From the NCBI GenBank assembly GCA_023269675.1, contig JAHFSX010000033.1, forward strand, positions 3,841-67,840: a DNA stretch of 64,000 nucleotides. The letters are read 5' to 3'. This document shows positions 9,369 to 18,667 of this stretch, in pieces. The stretch comes from Verrucomicrobiota bacterium (lineage in GTDB: Bacteria; Verrucomicrobiota; Kiritimatiellia; RFP12; UBA1067). The position numbers were made by a program, and so were the translations under genes. How positions within the stretch are numbered: the first letter of the stretch is position 1; each line of letters opens with the position of its first letter. The notes under the pieces are model-generated. The model worked only from the letters and a program-made list of their open reading frames with translations. It searched no databases and was not told the DNA's origin.

Positions 9369-11854
9369 GAACCACCCGCCTTTTTCTTCCGCAACCGTTC
9401 GATCCGCTGACGGGCCTCCTCTTCGCCGGGCACGCCCGCCTGAACCACCCGCTGCAAGATCCGCACCGCCTGCTCGGGCTGACCCTTTTGCTCATACAAC
9501 TCCGCCACGTTGAGCGCCGCACGCACGAACAGGCTGGTGCTGGTCTCGTCATACCACACCCCGCGGGCACGCTCCTCCTGATAACGGATCATCACTTCCG
9601 AATAGTACTGGTCGATCGCATCGTCGATCCTTTTCATCTTCTCTAAACAGCGCCCCGCCTTGAACTGGAGCTGCAGGGTCAGCGCCGGAGTCAGGACCCC
9701 CTGTTCCAGCATCGCCCGATAAGCCACCAGCGCCTCCTGATAACGCGCGCCGTTATCCGCCCCCAGCGCAAAGAGACAATCCCCTTTGCGCATCAGCGCC
9801 ATCCGGCTCCATTCGCTGTCCGGCGCCTGGCCGCTGACCTGGTCCAACAGCAGGACCGCCTCGTCGAAGCGCGCCAGCTCCATCAAGGCGTCGGCCTGCA
9901 CCAGCAGCGCCTCCGGGACCCGCGGACTCAGGGGATACGCCCGCACCAGCCGCGTCACCAGTTCGACCGTGCCGGTGAAATCAGCCCCGCCGAACGCCGC
10001 GCGCGCCGCCCACAACAGGGCCGCATCCGCCCAGCGGTTCGCCGGCCACCGCGTGACGTATTCCAGGAAGAAACGCCGCGCGTCCTCGAACTTCCCGCGG
10101 TTGAAATCGAACTTCCCCAACCACAGCATCATGTCGGACAGCCGCGCCGACTCGGGAAAATCGAGCAGGAACGAGGCCGCCGCCGCCCGCGCCTCCTTGT
10201 CCCGGCCCAGGCCGTACAGGCACAGGGTCAGCAGAAAGCGCGCCTCGTCGCGCCGCGCCGGGTCGCTCTCAGCCACCGAGGCGAAGTCCTGCATGGCGGC
10301 GTCAAAGCGGTACGTCCGGTAATAGACTTTGCCGCGGCCCATAAACGCGTCGACGCGCACCGCCTTCTGGTTGAACGCGGCCAGCACCGCGGCATACGTC
10401 TTCACCGCCTCGTCGAAATCCCCCGCCTCGGACTGCACCGCGGCCAGGCGCAGCAACGCCTTGGGCGCGACGTCCCGGTCCGGATACGTGTCCGCCACCT
10501 TGCGGTACTGCACCCCTGCCTCCGCGCGCTTGCCCGCACGCTCCAGGCAGTCCGCGCTCTGAAACAAGGCCCGGTCGGCGAAGAGGCTCTGCGGATAGGC
10601 CTTCGCCAATTTCGCGTAGACCTGCGACGCCTCCGCGAAACACGCGTCCGCCAGCAGCGCGTCGCCCTGCTTGAACAGGCACTCGGCTTTCTCCGACATG
10701 TTCGTGGCCACCTCCGCAGCCCGCTGAAACGATCCGCCCGCCTCTGTAAAACGACCCAGCTGCATGAGCGCCCAGCCGCGGCCCTGCAGCACCGCCGCGT
10801 CCAGCGACGACGCGGGGTAGGTCTCCAGAAAGATGCGGTACTCCGCCGCAGCCCGTTCCGGACGTTTGGCCTGCAGCAGCGAATCCGCCAGCTTCAACTG
10901 AGCCTGCATCGAGGCCGGATGTTCAGGAAATTCGCGCACCAGCGCCTTGACCAGACTTTCCCCCTCGTCGATGGTCGCCGCATCCGCCGCGAGCAGGTCG
11001 CCCAAACGGAAGCCGGCCAGCCGGCGCGTTTCGGGAAGCTGCGCGCGCTCGAACGCGGAGCGCGCATAAGCGACGGCCTCGTTGGTCTTCCCGCCGTTCA
11101 TCGTGAAGACGCTCATCTCCACCAGGGCCTGCACGCGGGCCGCTTCAGCCACGCGCTCGCTCATCGCGAGCTGGTTGAACACCATCGTCGCCTCGGCCGT
11201 CTTGCCCAGCCTCATCAGGATCCGCCCGCGCAGCAGCGCGCCGTCGCTCACCGCGACACCCGATACCGACAGCTCGGCCTGCATCTTCAGCACTTCCAGG
11301 GCCGCGTCGGAACGTCCGGACCGGTCCAGCGCCATGGCCCATTCCAGCGCGTTCTCCGCGCGCGTCAGCAGGTTGGTCGACCGCTTGTCCACGTCTGCGA
11401 AAAGGGCGAGCGCACCCGGCAGATCCCCCATCGACTGCTTCGCCCGCGCGCCGATGCGCCGCATCGCATCGGCATACACGGGCGGCGCGTTGGTGGCCGC
11501 CTCTGCGAGCTGAAGCGCTTCCGCCGGCTGTCCGGCATTCAAAAGGGCCAGCGCCCGCCAATACCCGAAGGCCTCCGGACGCGGTGCCAGCCTCACCACT
11601 TCGCCGAACGCGTCGAACCGGTTCAGCATCTCCGCATACAGCCCCTGCCCGGCCAAAGCCTCCAGCAACACCAGCAACGCCTGCGCCGGATCCGCGGCCC
11701 CGCCCCGCAGCGCCGTCTCGGCGTGCGTCTGCGCGATCGGGTATAGCTTGTCCTGCAGGGCGGCACGCGCCGTCTCCACATCACCCGGCAGCGCCACGCA
11801 CGGCGGCAACAGGGCCAGCACGCACACACATGTTCTGAAGCAGGTCTTCAACAC
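9365..11854 (-). CDS. Large secreted tetratricopeptide-repeat protein
   Basis: Signal peptide; many TPR units ending YP/FP (e.g. LVREFPEHP, AYPQSLFADRALF). Confidence 0.85.
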   Translation of the reverse strand: MLKTCFRTCVCVLALLPPCVALPGDVETARAALQDKLYPIAQTHAETALRGGAADPAQALLVLLEALAGQGLYAEMLNRFDAFGEVVRLAPRPEAFGYWRALALLNAGQPAEALQLAEAATNAPPVYADAMRRIGARAKQSMGDLPGALALFADVDKRSTNLLTRAENALEWAMALDRSGRSDAALEVLKMQAELSVSGVAVSDGALLRGRILMRLGKTAEATMVFNQLAMSERVAEAARVQALVEMSVFTMNGGKTNEAVAYARSAFERAQLPETRRLAGFRLGDLLAADAATIDEGESLVKALVREFPEHPASMQAQLKLADSLLQAKRPERAAAEYRIFLETYPASSLDAAVLQGRGWALMQLGRFTEAGGSFQRAAEVATNMSEKAECLFKQGDALLADACFAEASQVYAKLAKAYPQSLFADRALFQSADCLERAGKRAEAGVQYRKVADTYPDRDVAPKALLRLAAVQSEAGDFDEAVKTYAAVLAAFNQKAVRVDAFMGRGKVYYRTYRFDAAMQDFASVAESDPARRDEARFLLTLCLYGLGRDKEARAAAASFLLDFPESARLSDMMLWLGKFDFNRGKFEDARRFFLEYVTRWPANRWADAALLWAARAAFGGADFTGTVELVTRLVRAYPLSPRVPEALLVQADALMELARFDEAVLLLDQVSGQAPDSEWSRMALMRKGDCLFALGADNGARYQEALVAYRAMLEQGVLTPALTLQLQFKAGRCLEKMKRIDDAIDQYYSEVMIRYQEERARGVWYDETSTSLFVRAALNVAELYEQKGQPEQAVRILQRVVQAGVPGEEEARQRIERLRKKKAGGS

Positions 11855-11875
11855 TCAGCCCTCACCGAACCCCAT

Positions 11876-13225
11876 TTATTGAACCGGACGCACGACATAG
11901 GCATGCGCCACCGGCTGGCGTGCGGCAAAAAGCTGCTGCTCCAGCGCCGCCACCTTCGCCGTCACCTCGCCACGCTTCGGCCAACTCGTCAGATAATCGG
12001 CCACTTTGCCCTCGTAGAAACCGGTCTTGCTCATCTTCGTCTCCGCGAAAACCTTCACGGCGGCCAGGTCGTCGGGATTCACCTGACGGTGCTTGAGGAA
12101 CCAGCGCACCGCCGCGTAGTTGCGCAGCGCGCCCTCGGTCGCACGCCGCGTCTCGTTCAGCCGCGCCACCGCCTGCGCCTGCTTGTACTGCGGCGCGGCC
12201 GCATTGAAGGCGAGGTTGACGCCCGACGTCAACACCTCCGCGGTGTACCGGCCCACCGCCTCGCCGTCGATCAGCAGCTCGTACGCGCCGGACGCAAGCC
12301 CCGTCACCGCAACGGTCTCCTGATCCAGCTCGCGCTCGATCGGCAACAGCGCCAAAATCGGCTTCGCACCCTCGTCCACGGGAAACGGCAAGGCCTTCTC
12401 CAGCACGGTGAAACCCCACGCGCCCCCCGTCTTCGCGACCGCGGTCACCGTCGCGTTGGCGCTCTCCGTCACCCTTCCGGCCGAGGCGTCGAAAACGATC
12501 CGTGAGACCAGCGCGGGCGCGCCCTGCGCCTTGAGGAACAGCCACGCCATCATCAGGTACCCCGGCGCGCCCGGATGCACGCGGTCCGGCCCGACGATCG
12601 TGTAGGCCGGGTCAGCCTTCTGCCGCTCGAGATTGAACGCCGTCATGGGGCCGTGAAAATCCACCACCGTCGCGCCATTTTTTGCGGCCAGCGCCTTCAC
12701 GACCTCCGCGCACCGGCCCAGACCGTCGTTGCAGCCGGGCTGGTTGTTGGTCCGGTCGTTGACCCCGGTCTGATCGAACGGCGAGGGCGTGATAAACAGC
12801 AGACGCGGCTCCCCCGCCTCGCTGCGGATACGCCCCGCCAGCAGCTCCATGTTCTTCCGGTAAGCGTCCAGCGCCCCCTGCTGCGCCGCCTTCTTCTGAG
12901 CGTCGGGATCAGCCACATAGCTGCCGCGGTTCACGTCGTTCATGCCGAACATCACCGCCACCGAGGTCGGCTTCCGCTCGGTCACATCCTCGGCCAGTCG
13001 CCCCTGCGCGCCGCCCGCCGAATCCCCGGAGACGCCCGCGTTGACGAAACGGACGGTCCGCTCGGGAAAACGCGTCAGATAATAGTCGTAGACGAAGCTG
13101 TGGAAGCGGCCGCCGTGCGTGATGCTGTCGCCGAGAAAAACAACGGTCTCGCCGTCCTTGAACACGTCCCCGCACGCCAGTTGCGCCAGGATCAACAGCG
13201 AGACAAAAAAAGACCCTCTTTTCAT
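11876..13225 (-). CDS. Secreted SGNH/GDSL hydrolase
   Basis: FLGDSIT, NAGVSGD, FGMND, DRVHP: all four blocks present. Start at MKRGSFF. Confidence 0.92.
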   Translation of the reverse strand: MKRGSFFVSLLILAQLACGDVFKDGETVVFLGDSITHGGRFHSFVYDYYLTRFPERTVRFVNAGVSGDSAGGAQGRLAEDVTERKPTSVAVMFGMNDVNRGSYVADPDAQKKAAQQGALDAYRKNMELLAGRIRSEAGEPRLLFITPSPFDQTGVNDRTNNQPGCNDGLGRCAEVVKALAAKNGATVVDFHGPMTAFNLERQKADPAYTIVGPDRVHPGAPGYLMMAWLFLKAQGAPALVSRIVFDASAGRVTESANATVTAVAKTGGAWGFTVLEKALPFPVDEGAKPILALLPIERELDQETVAVTGLASGAYELLIDGEAVGRYTAEVLTSGVNLAFNAAAPQYKQAQAVARLNETRRATEGALRNYAAVRWFLKHRQVNPDDLAAVKVFAETKMSKTGFYEGKVADYLTSWPKRGEVTAKVAALEQQLFAARQPVAHAYVVRPVQ

Positions 13226-13347
13226 ACGTGAACTCCCCCGGTGGGACGGACGCTTCCGCGCCGCCAAACAGCCTTCAAAAATCGATTTTTCATTTTGCCA
13301 CGTTATCCTGCCCCGGTCGATACCAAAGGAGGAACAATCTCGAGGGC

Positions 13348-13626
13348 GGGGTGATTCAACTTTGTTTGAATCCACACCCGAAGGAGGCGTTAGAATTTCG
13401 GAGTTGGGAGTTGCAATACCATGAAAGTGAACGTGTTCGCGCGATGCGCGCGAGGCCGTGTTTGTGATTTCAAAATGAAGTCACACGTGGGGCTCCAAAA
13501 TACGGTTCCTCGCGGAAAGGCTCATCCTTGTCAAACGCCTCTTTTCACGGCCTTTTTGCGCTACCAACGCCTAACTCCTAAATTATCCTTGGTGCGCCTC
13601 AGTTTCAACGAAACTGAATCGCACCC
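13348..13626. mobile_element. Non-autonomous ~280-bp MITE-like element, copy 1
   Basis: Imperfect terminal inverted repeats GGGGTGATTCA...TGAATCGCACCC; direct repeat CTCGAGGGC at 13339-13347 and 13627-13635; homologous to 28207-28492. Confidence 0.8.
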
Positions 13627-13666
13627 CTCGAGGGCGCGCCGATGCCGCTCGCCACGGGAGCCCGAC

Positions 13667-14188
13667 TTATAACCGATACCCCACCGTGAACATGAATATA
13701 TCCATTCCGTCGTTAGGCTCTTCGATCGACCCGTTGGAATAGTGCATATACCGGATATTGAAATCGACCGTCTTCATCCTGACGCCGACCCCGGCCCGGT
13801 CTTCAAACTGAAAGCGGGTCGAAAAATCACGACCTCCGATATCACTTTCGGAAAGATACGCGGCCCCGATGCCGGCCTCGATGTAGGGATGGACGGCATC
13901 AGCCGGGTCTCCAAAGAAGTAGATGAATACGGGCGAAAAGGCGCCGCCGTACACCTCGTCGCCGCCGTGTTTCCAATCCGACAGGGAGGCTTCGCAATAC
14001 AACGACAGCCAACCGACGTCGCTGGGGAACATGCGCAAGGTCGAATCCTTTTGCACGCCCAAACGATAGACGTCGATCCCATCGCAGGCTTGCCCCGCGC
14101 CCAAAGTAATGGCGCTGAGGAGGGGTTCGCCCTCGGCGCAACCATAAAATCCGGCTAGGCAGACACAGGCCAGATAGTATATTTTCAT
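13667..14188 (-). CDS. pagL: Lipid A 3-O-deacylase (acyloxyacyl hydrolase, PagL family)
   Basis: PYIEAGIG, FQFED, catalytic HYSNG...PNDG, beta-barrel C-terminus VGYRL. Confidence 0.88.
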   Translation of the reverse strand: MKIYYLACVCLAGFYGCAEGEPLLSAITLGAGQACDGIDVYRLGVQKDSTLRMFPSDVGWLSLYCEASLSDWKHGGDEVYGGAFSPVFIYFFGDPADAVHPYIEAGIGAAYLSESDIGGRDFSTRFQFEDRAGVGVRMKTVDFNIRYMHYSNGSIEEPNDGMDIFMFTVGYRL

Positions 14189-14267
14189 GCTTACCCTCTT
14201 TCAATACACAGAACACAAGCTACAATAAACTCTATCTTTTGTATGTAAACAGAATTTTACGCGGGCG

Positions 14268-17200
14268 TCAAGTTTCTATTTCCGCAGCCACATCCGGATC
14301 GGGTATCCTCGCGAGGTCATCCTTGATCTTCCGGCTCTGGGATTTGTCCGACTGGCCGACCACCAGATAAACGGCCGGAATAAAGTAGAGCGACAGCAGC
14401 GACGAAACCAGGATGCCGCCGACGGAGCCGATGCCGATGCTGGCCCGCAGTTCGGAGCCCAGGCCCGTACCGGTCGCCATCGGCAACATGCCGAACAGCG
14501 CCGCCACGCACGACATGAGGATCGGTCGGAACTTCCGCTCCGACGCCATCATCAGCGCATCGCGCTTGTGGAACCCCTGGGTACGCCGCAGCGTGTTCAC
14601 CTCGTCGATGATCAGGATCGCCGCGTTGACCACCACCCCCACCAGCATGATGCCCGCCAACAGGCCGAAGATGGAAAGGGTCGAGCCGGAGTGGTAGATC
14701 GCCATGTACAGGCCGAGGTAGCTGAACGGCACGGTCAGCAGAATGATGAACGGCTGCGTCCAGGACTCCATCATCGCGGCCAGCAGCAGGTAGGTGAGCA
14801 AGATGGCCACGATCGTAACCAGCTTGAACTCGGTGAACGCCTCCGCCATTTTTTCGGCCATGCCTGAAAAGGTCATCCGGTACCCGGCGGGCAGCAGTTT
14901 CTTCAGAGTTCCCGCTTCGTGCGCCATGGCCGTGCCCATGCCGAACCCCTTGGCCGCGTTCGCGTAAAGGGTCACTGACCGGGTCTTCTCGAACCGGATG
15001 ATCTGCGTGGGCTGAAGGCGGTCAGCCACGTCGGCCACCGCACTGATCAACACGGGGCGCCCGTCCGGTCCCGGCAGATTCAGCCTCTCGATCTGGTCGC
15101 GGCCCGACTCTTGCGCGTAACGCACCCGGATGTCATACGAGCGGTCCCCCTTCTTGTAGGTCGAAGTCTTGATTCCCGCAATGTCCGCCCGCAACGTGAG
15201 GCCGAGGTCGGAAGCCGAGAGGTTCATGTCGTGCAGCACCGCGCGCTTAGGGCTGATGCGCACTTCGGGCCGCCCCGGCCGCACGGAATGGGTCACGTCC
15301 GTGCTGGCGGGATCCGCGCGCATCTGCGCCACCGCCGCGATGCCGATCCGGTTCAGTTCGTCCAGGTCGGACCCGCTGACCATGATGACGATGTCTTGCG
15401 ACGCGCCGCCGCCCGCCGCGCTCGGGATCATCACCGACCAGATGCAGTCGGGCTCGTTGACCAGTCCACGCCGGACGCGCTGCATGATCGTTTTGATGTT
15501 GTCCGTCGTCCGCTCGACCTTGGACGACAAGCGGATGCTGATCTGGGCCAGATAGGTGCCCTCCGCCACCTGCCCGATGACGCCCTGCACCTTGCCGCAC
15601 GCCACCGTCACATGCCTGACCGCCGGATCATTGCCGATCCGCGCGGCGACCTCCTGCGCACGCGCGGCCGTCTGCTCGAGGTTGAAGTCGGCGGGGTACT
15701 CCAGCCGAACGGACAGGTCTCCCATGTCGGCCTGCGACACGAAGTCCATCTGCACGCGCGGCGCGTAATAATACAAACCCCACCCGCAGACCAGGGCGGT
15801 GACGGCGACAAACAGGACGGACACGTTCAACACCCCGTGCAGCGAACGCACGTAACCCCGCTCGATCGCCCGGTAGACCACGTTCCAGGGCGTGAGCAGC
15901 CAACCCAGGAACCGGTTGACCGTGTGGCCGTACGCGTAGGTCTGCACCGCCAAGATCGGCGTGAGCGTAAAGCTGATCAGCAACGAGGCGAAGGTCGCCG
16001 CCGTCACCGTCACCGCGAACGGCGCGAGAAACTGCCCGGTGACGGTCTGCATCGACGCGATCGGCAGGAAAACCACGATGTTGGTGAGGGCGCTGGCTGC
16101 CACCGCCAAGCCGACCTGCGAAGCGGCGCGCTCGACAACCGGCCCGACTTCGAAGGCCTCCCCCTTGCGCGTTTCAAACACGTGTGCGATGTTCTCAAGC
16201 ACCACGATCGAGTTCGCCACGAGAATGCCCACCGAGATGCCGAAAGCGCTCATGGTGATCACGTTCATCGTGTATCCGAACCACGTGAAGGTCATCAACG
16301 CGATCACCATCGTGACCGGTATGCTCACGAACGCGATAAAGGCGGTGCGGATGTCCGCCAAAAAAAGCAGCAGCACGAGGCCCGTGAGAATCACGCCGTC
16401 GCGGATGCTGTTCAGGCCCTCCCGCACCGTGGCCTTCACGAAGTCGCCATCGTCGCGGAACCACACCAACTCCATGCCGCCGGGCAGATGGCCCCTCACC
16501 GCGTCAAAGGCTTTCCGCACGCGGTCCACCACGGCCACCGCGTTGGCCTCCCCCTTTTTGGTGACTTTCAGAATCACGCACGGCTCGCCGTCGTAAAAAG
16601 CTTTGCTTTTCGGCCGTTCCGTGCCGAACCTGAACGTGGCCACGTCGCGCAGATAAACCCGCTCGCCGTTGACGACGCCGATCTGAATCTCCCCCAAATC
16701 CGGGATCTCCTCAGCCTCGGCATCAAACATCAGAGAGATCTCGCGCTGGCCGTCGTCGATCTGCCCCACCGGCACCTTGAGGTTTTCCCGGCCGAGAGCG
16801 GCCACGATCTGGCCGAGCGCAAGTCCCCTGACGACCAGCAGCCTGCGATCCACCTCCACGATCACTTCACGCTCTTGCCCGCCGATGAGTTCCACCTTCG
16901 CCACGCCGCCCAAGGCTGAAAAACGGTCGGCCAGCGTGTCTTCCGCGTAGTCGTAGAGCTCATCGATCGGCAAGGTGCCCTTCAGCGCGACGGTCACCAC
17001 CGGCGTGGCGTTGATGTCGAATTTCAGGATCTGCGGCTCTTCGGCCTCGTCCGGCAGATCTTCCCGGATCAGATCCACTTTCTCGCGCACGTCCGTAGCC
17101 GCCACATCCACGTTGCGCTTCAGCTCGAATTCGATCAGGACCTGGCAGAAATTGTTCAGGCAGGTGGTGGTCAGATGCTTGATGCCATCCACCTGCACCA

Positions 17201-17411
17201 CCGCATCCTCGATCTTCTTGGCGACCGTGGTCTCGATCTCGTCCGGCGACGCGCCCGGGTAGACGACCGTGATCGTCACATAGGGCACATCGACCTGCGG
17301 CAACAAATCCACGCCGATGTTGCGGTACGCCAAGATGCCGAAAATCATCAGGCAGAGGATCAGCGTCGTCATGGCGATCGGACGCCGGATGGAAGCTTTT
17401 GCTAAAAACAT
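14268..17411 (-). CDS. RND efflux permease (AcrB/MdtB family)
   Basis: 1047 aa; SIRRPI start, GILVANSIVVLENI, FRPILM, GVVVNAAIL motifs. Confidence 0.95.
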   Translation of the reverse strand: MFLAKASIRRPIAMTTLILCLMIFGILAYRNIGVDLLPQVDVPYVTITVVYPGASPDEIETTVAKKIEDAVVQVDGIKHLTTTCLNNFCQVLIEFELKRNVDVAATDVREKVDLIREDLPDEAEEPQILKFDINATPVVTVALKGTLPIDELYDYAEDTLADRFSALGGVAKVELIGGQEREVIVEVDRRLLVVRGLALGQIVAALGRENLKVPVGQIDDGQREISLMFDAEAEEIPDLGEIQIGVVNGERVYLRDVATFRFGTERPKSKAFYDGEPCVILKVTKKGEANAVAVVDRVRKAFDAVRGHLPGGMELVWFRDDGDFVKATVREGLNSIRDGVILTGLVLLLFLADIRTAFIAFVSIPVTMVIALMTFTWFGYTMNVITMSAFGISVGILVANSIVVLENIAHVFETRKGEAFEVGPVVERAASQVGLAVAASALTNIVVFLPIASMQTVTGQFLAPFAVTVTAATFASLLISFTLTPILAVQTYAYGHTVNRFLGWLLTPWNVVYRAIERGYVRSLHGVLNVSVLFVAVTALVCGWGLYYYAPRVQMDFVSQADMGDLSVRLEYPADFNLEQTAARAQEVAARIGNDPAVRHVTVACGKVQGVIGQVAEGTYLAQISIRLSSKVERTTDNIKTIMQRVRRGLVNEPDCIWSVMIPSAAGGGASQDIVIMVSGSDLDELNRIGIAAVAQMRADPASTDVTHSVRPGRPEVRISPKRAVLHDMNLSASDLGLTLRADIAGIKTSTYKKGDRSYDIRVRYAQESGRDQIERLNLPGPDGRPVLISAVADVADRLQPTQIIRFEKTRSVTLYANAAKGFGMGTAMAHEAGTLKKLLPAGYRMTFSGMAEKMAEAFTEFKLVTIVAILLTYLLLAAMMESWTQPFIILLTVPFSYLGLYMAIYHSGSTLSIFGLLAGIMLVGVVVNAAILIIDEVNTLRRTQGFHKRDALMMASERKFRPILMSCVAALFGMLPMATGTGLGSELRASIGIGSVGGILVSSLLSLYFIPAVYLVVGQSDKSQSRKIKDDLARIPDPDVAAEIET

Positions 17412-17493
17412 GGCTACCTCACACGTGCGACTGGAAACTCAAAAATGGACAATCGAAAGCGCATCGGGCGGTCCCTCGTCACCAGTTTCGGGT

Positions 17494-18657
17494 CTACAAT
17501 TTCCGGGGCCCTTCTTTCAAAACCCGGACGCCGTCACCTTCGTTCAACAGCAGCATGCCGTCCGTCACGATGTCCGCCTCCTTGAGCGTCTCGGGATTCC
17601 TGACCTCCGTGCGCCCCTGCCACTCGAGACCGATGTCCACCGGAACGCCGACCACCGTCCCGTCCCGCACCACGAACACCAGATGCTTGCCGCCGCGCAA
17701 TCCGACCGCCTGGGACGGCACCGCTGCAGCCATGTACTGGCGAAAAAGCACACGCGCATCGCGGATCATGCCCGGCGCCATGTCCGGCGCGTGTTCGACC
17801 GTCGTGCGGATCTCGAACGTCCGCGTCACCGGATGCACCGAAGGGGCCTTATACGTGACCGCAACCTCTTTTCCGTTCTCGAAACGCAGCAGGGTCTTGC
17901 CGGCTTCGACCCGATCGTAGTGTTCGGCGTTCATGGTGAAACTCACTTCATAAACGGTCGGGTCATCCATCTCGAACACCGGCGTGCCCGCATTGACGTA
18001 CTCGCCCCTGTCCTTGAGTTTCCGGGTGATGACCCCCCCGAACGGGGCCACGCCCTGCGAGTCGCCCAGATTCTTCTGCGCCACCGACTGCGCGGTCTCG
18101 GCCTGCTCGATGCGCACGCGGGCGGTTTCGACCGCGGCCAGCACGCGCTGCACGTGCGCGCCCGCGGCTGTGTGCTGAAGCTCGGCCTTCTCCAGCGTAT
18201 CTTTCGTCACCGCCTTGTCCTTCTCGTAGAGCGTCTGCATGCGCGTGACATCGATCAGGGCCTTATCGTAAGCGGCCTGCGCCTCCGCCCGCGCGGCTTC
18301 AGCCTCTTTGAATGCCGCCCGCGCCACGTTCAGATCGTCCTGCGCCAGCCGCACCCGGTTCTCGAGATTGATCTTGTCCACCTGGAACAGCGGCTGTCCG
18401 GCCCGCACCGTCAGACCTTCATCGGCCTGCAACGCATCGATGGTGCCGGACACACGCGCGGCCACAGCCGCAGAGTATTTTGTGCGGACCGTCCCCTGCA
18501 CGCCGACGCCGTCCGTGAACGCAAAGGACGGCGTCAACCGGCCCACTTTCACCAGAGGACGCATATCCGCGGACACCGCCTGCGTTTCCGCTTTTTTGCA
18601 ACCGCAGACGGCCGCCCATGCGGCCAGCACACCCACCGTCAAGACCGATTTTTTCAT
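17494..18657 (-). CDS. RND membrane fusion (periplasmic adaptor) lipoprotein
   Basis: Lipobox AVCG-C, ARVSGTI...GQPLFQVD lipoyl motif, coiled hairpin, APFGGVI. Confidence 0.92.
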   Translation of the reverse strand: MKKSVLTVGVLAAWAAVCGCKKAETQAVSADMRPLVKVGRLTPSFAFTDGVGVQGTVRTKYSAAVAARVSGTIDALQADEGLTVRAGQPLFQVDKINLENRVRLAQDDLNVARAAFKEAEAARAEAQAAYDKALIDVTRMQTLYEKDKAVTKDTLEKAELQHTAAGAHVQRVLAAVETARVRIEQAETAQSVAQKNLGDSQGVAPFGGVITRKLKDRGEYVNAGTPVFEMDDPTVYEVSFTMNAEHYDRVEAGKTLLRFENGKEVAVTYKAPSVHPVTRTFEIRTTVEHAPDMAPGMIRDARVLFRQYMAAAVPSQAVGLRGGKHLVFVVRDGTVVGVPVDIGLEWQGRTEVRNPETLKEADIVTDGMLLLNEGDGVRVLKEGPRKL

Positions 18658-18667
18658 AGCCGTCCTC

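Noticed and set aside
13421-13672. 83-aa + strand ORF inside MITE copy 1
   Set aside because: Copy 2 has CTG in place of the ATG and a different C-terminus; no transposase motif.
15111-16919. Long + strand ORFs antisense to real genes (also 26418-28178, 29459-31099, 35005-36366, 45501-47042, 62170-63696)
   Set aside because: Shadow ORFs expected in high-GC DNA; no recognisable motifs and fully overlapped by well-supported - strand genes.
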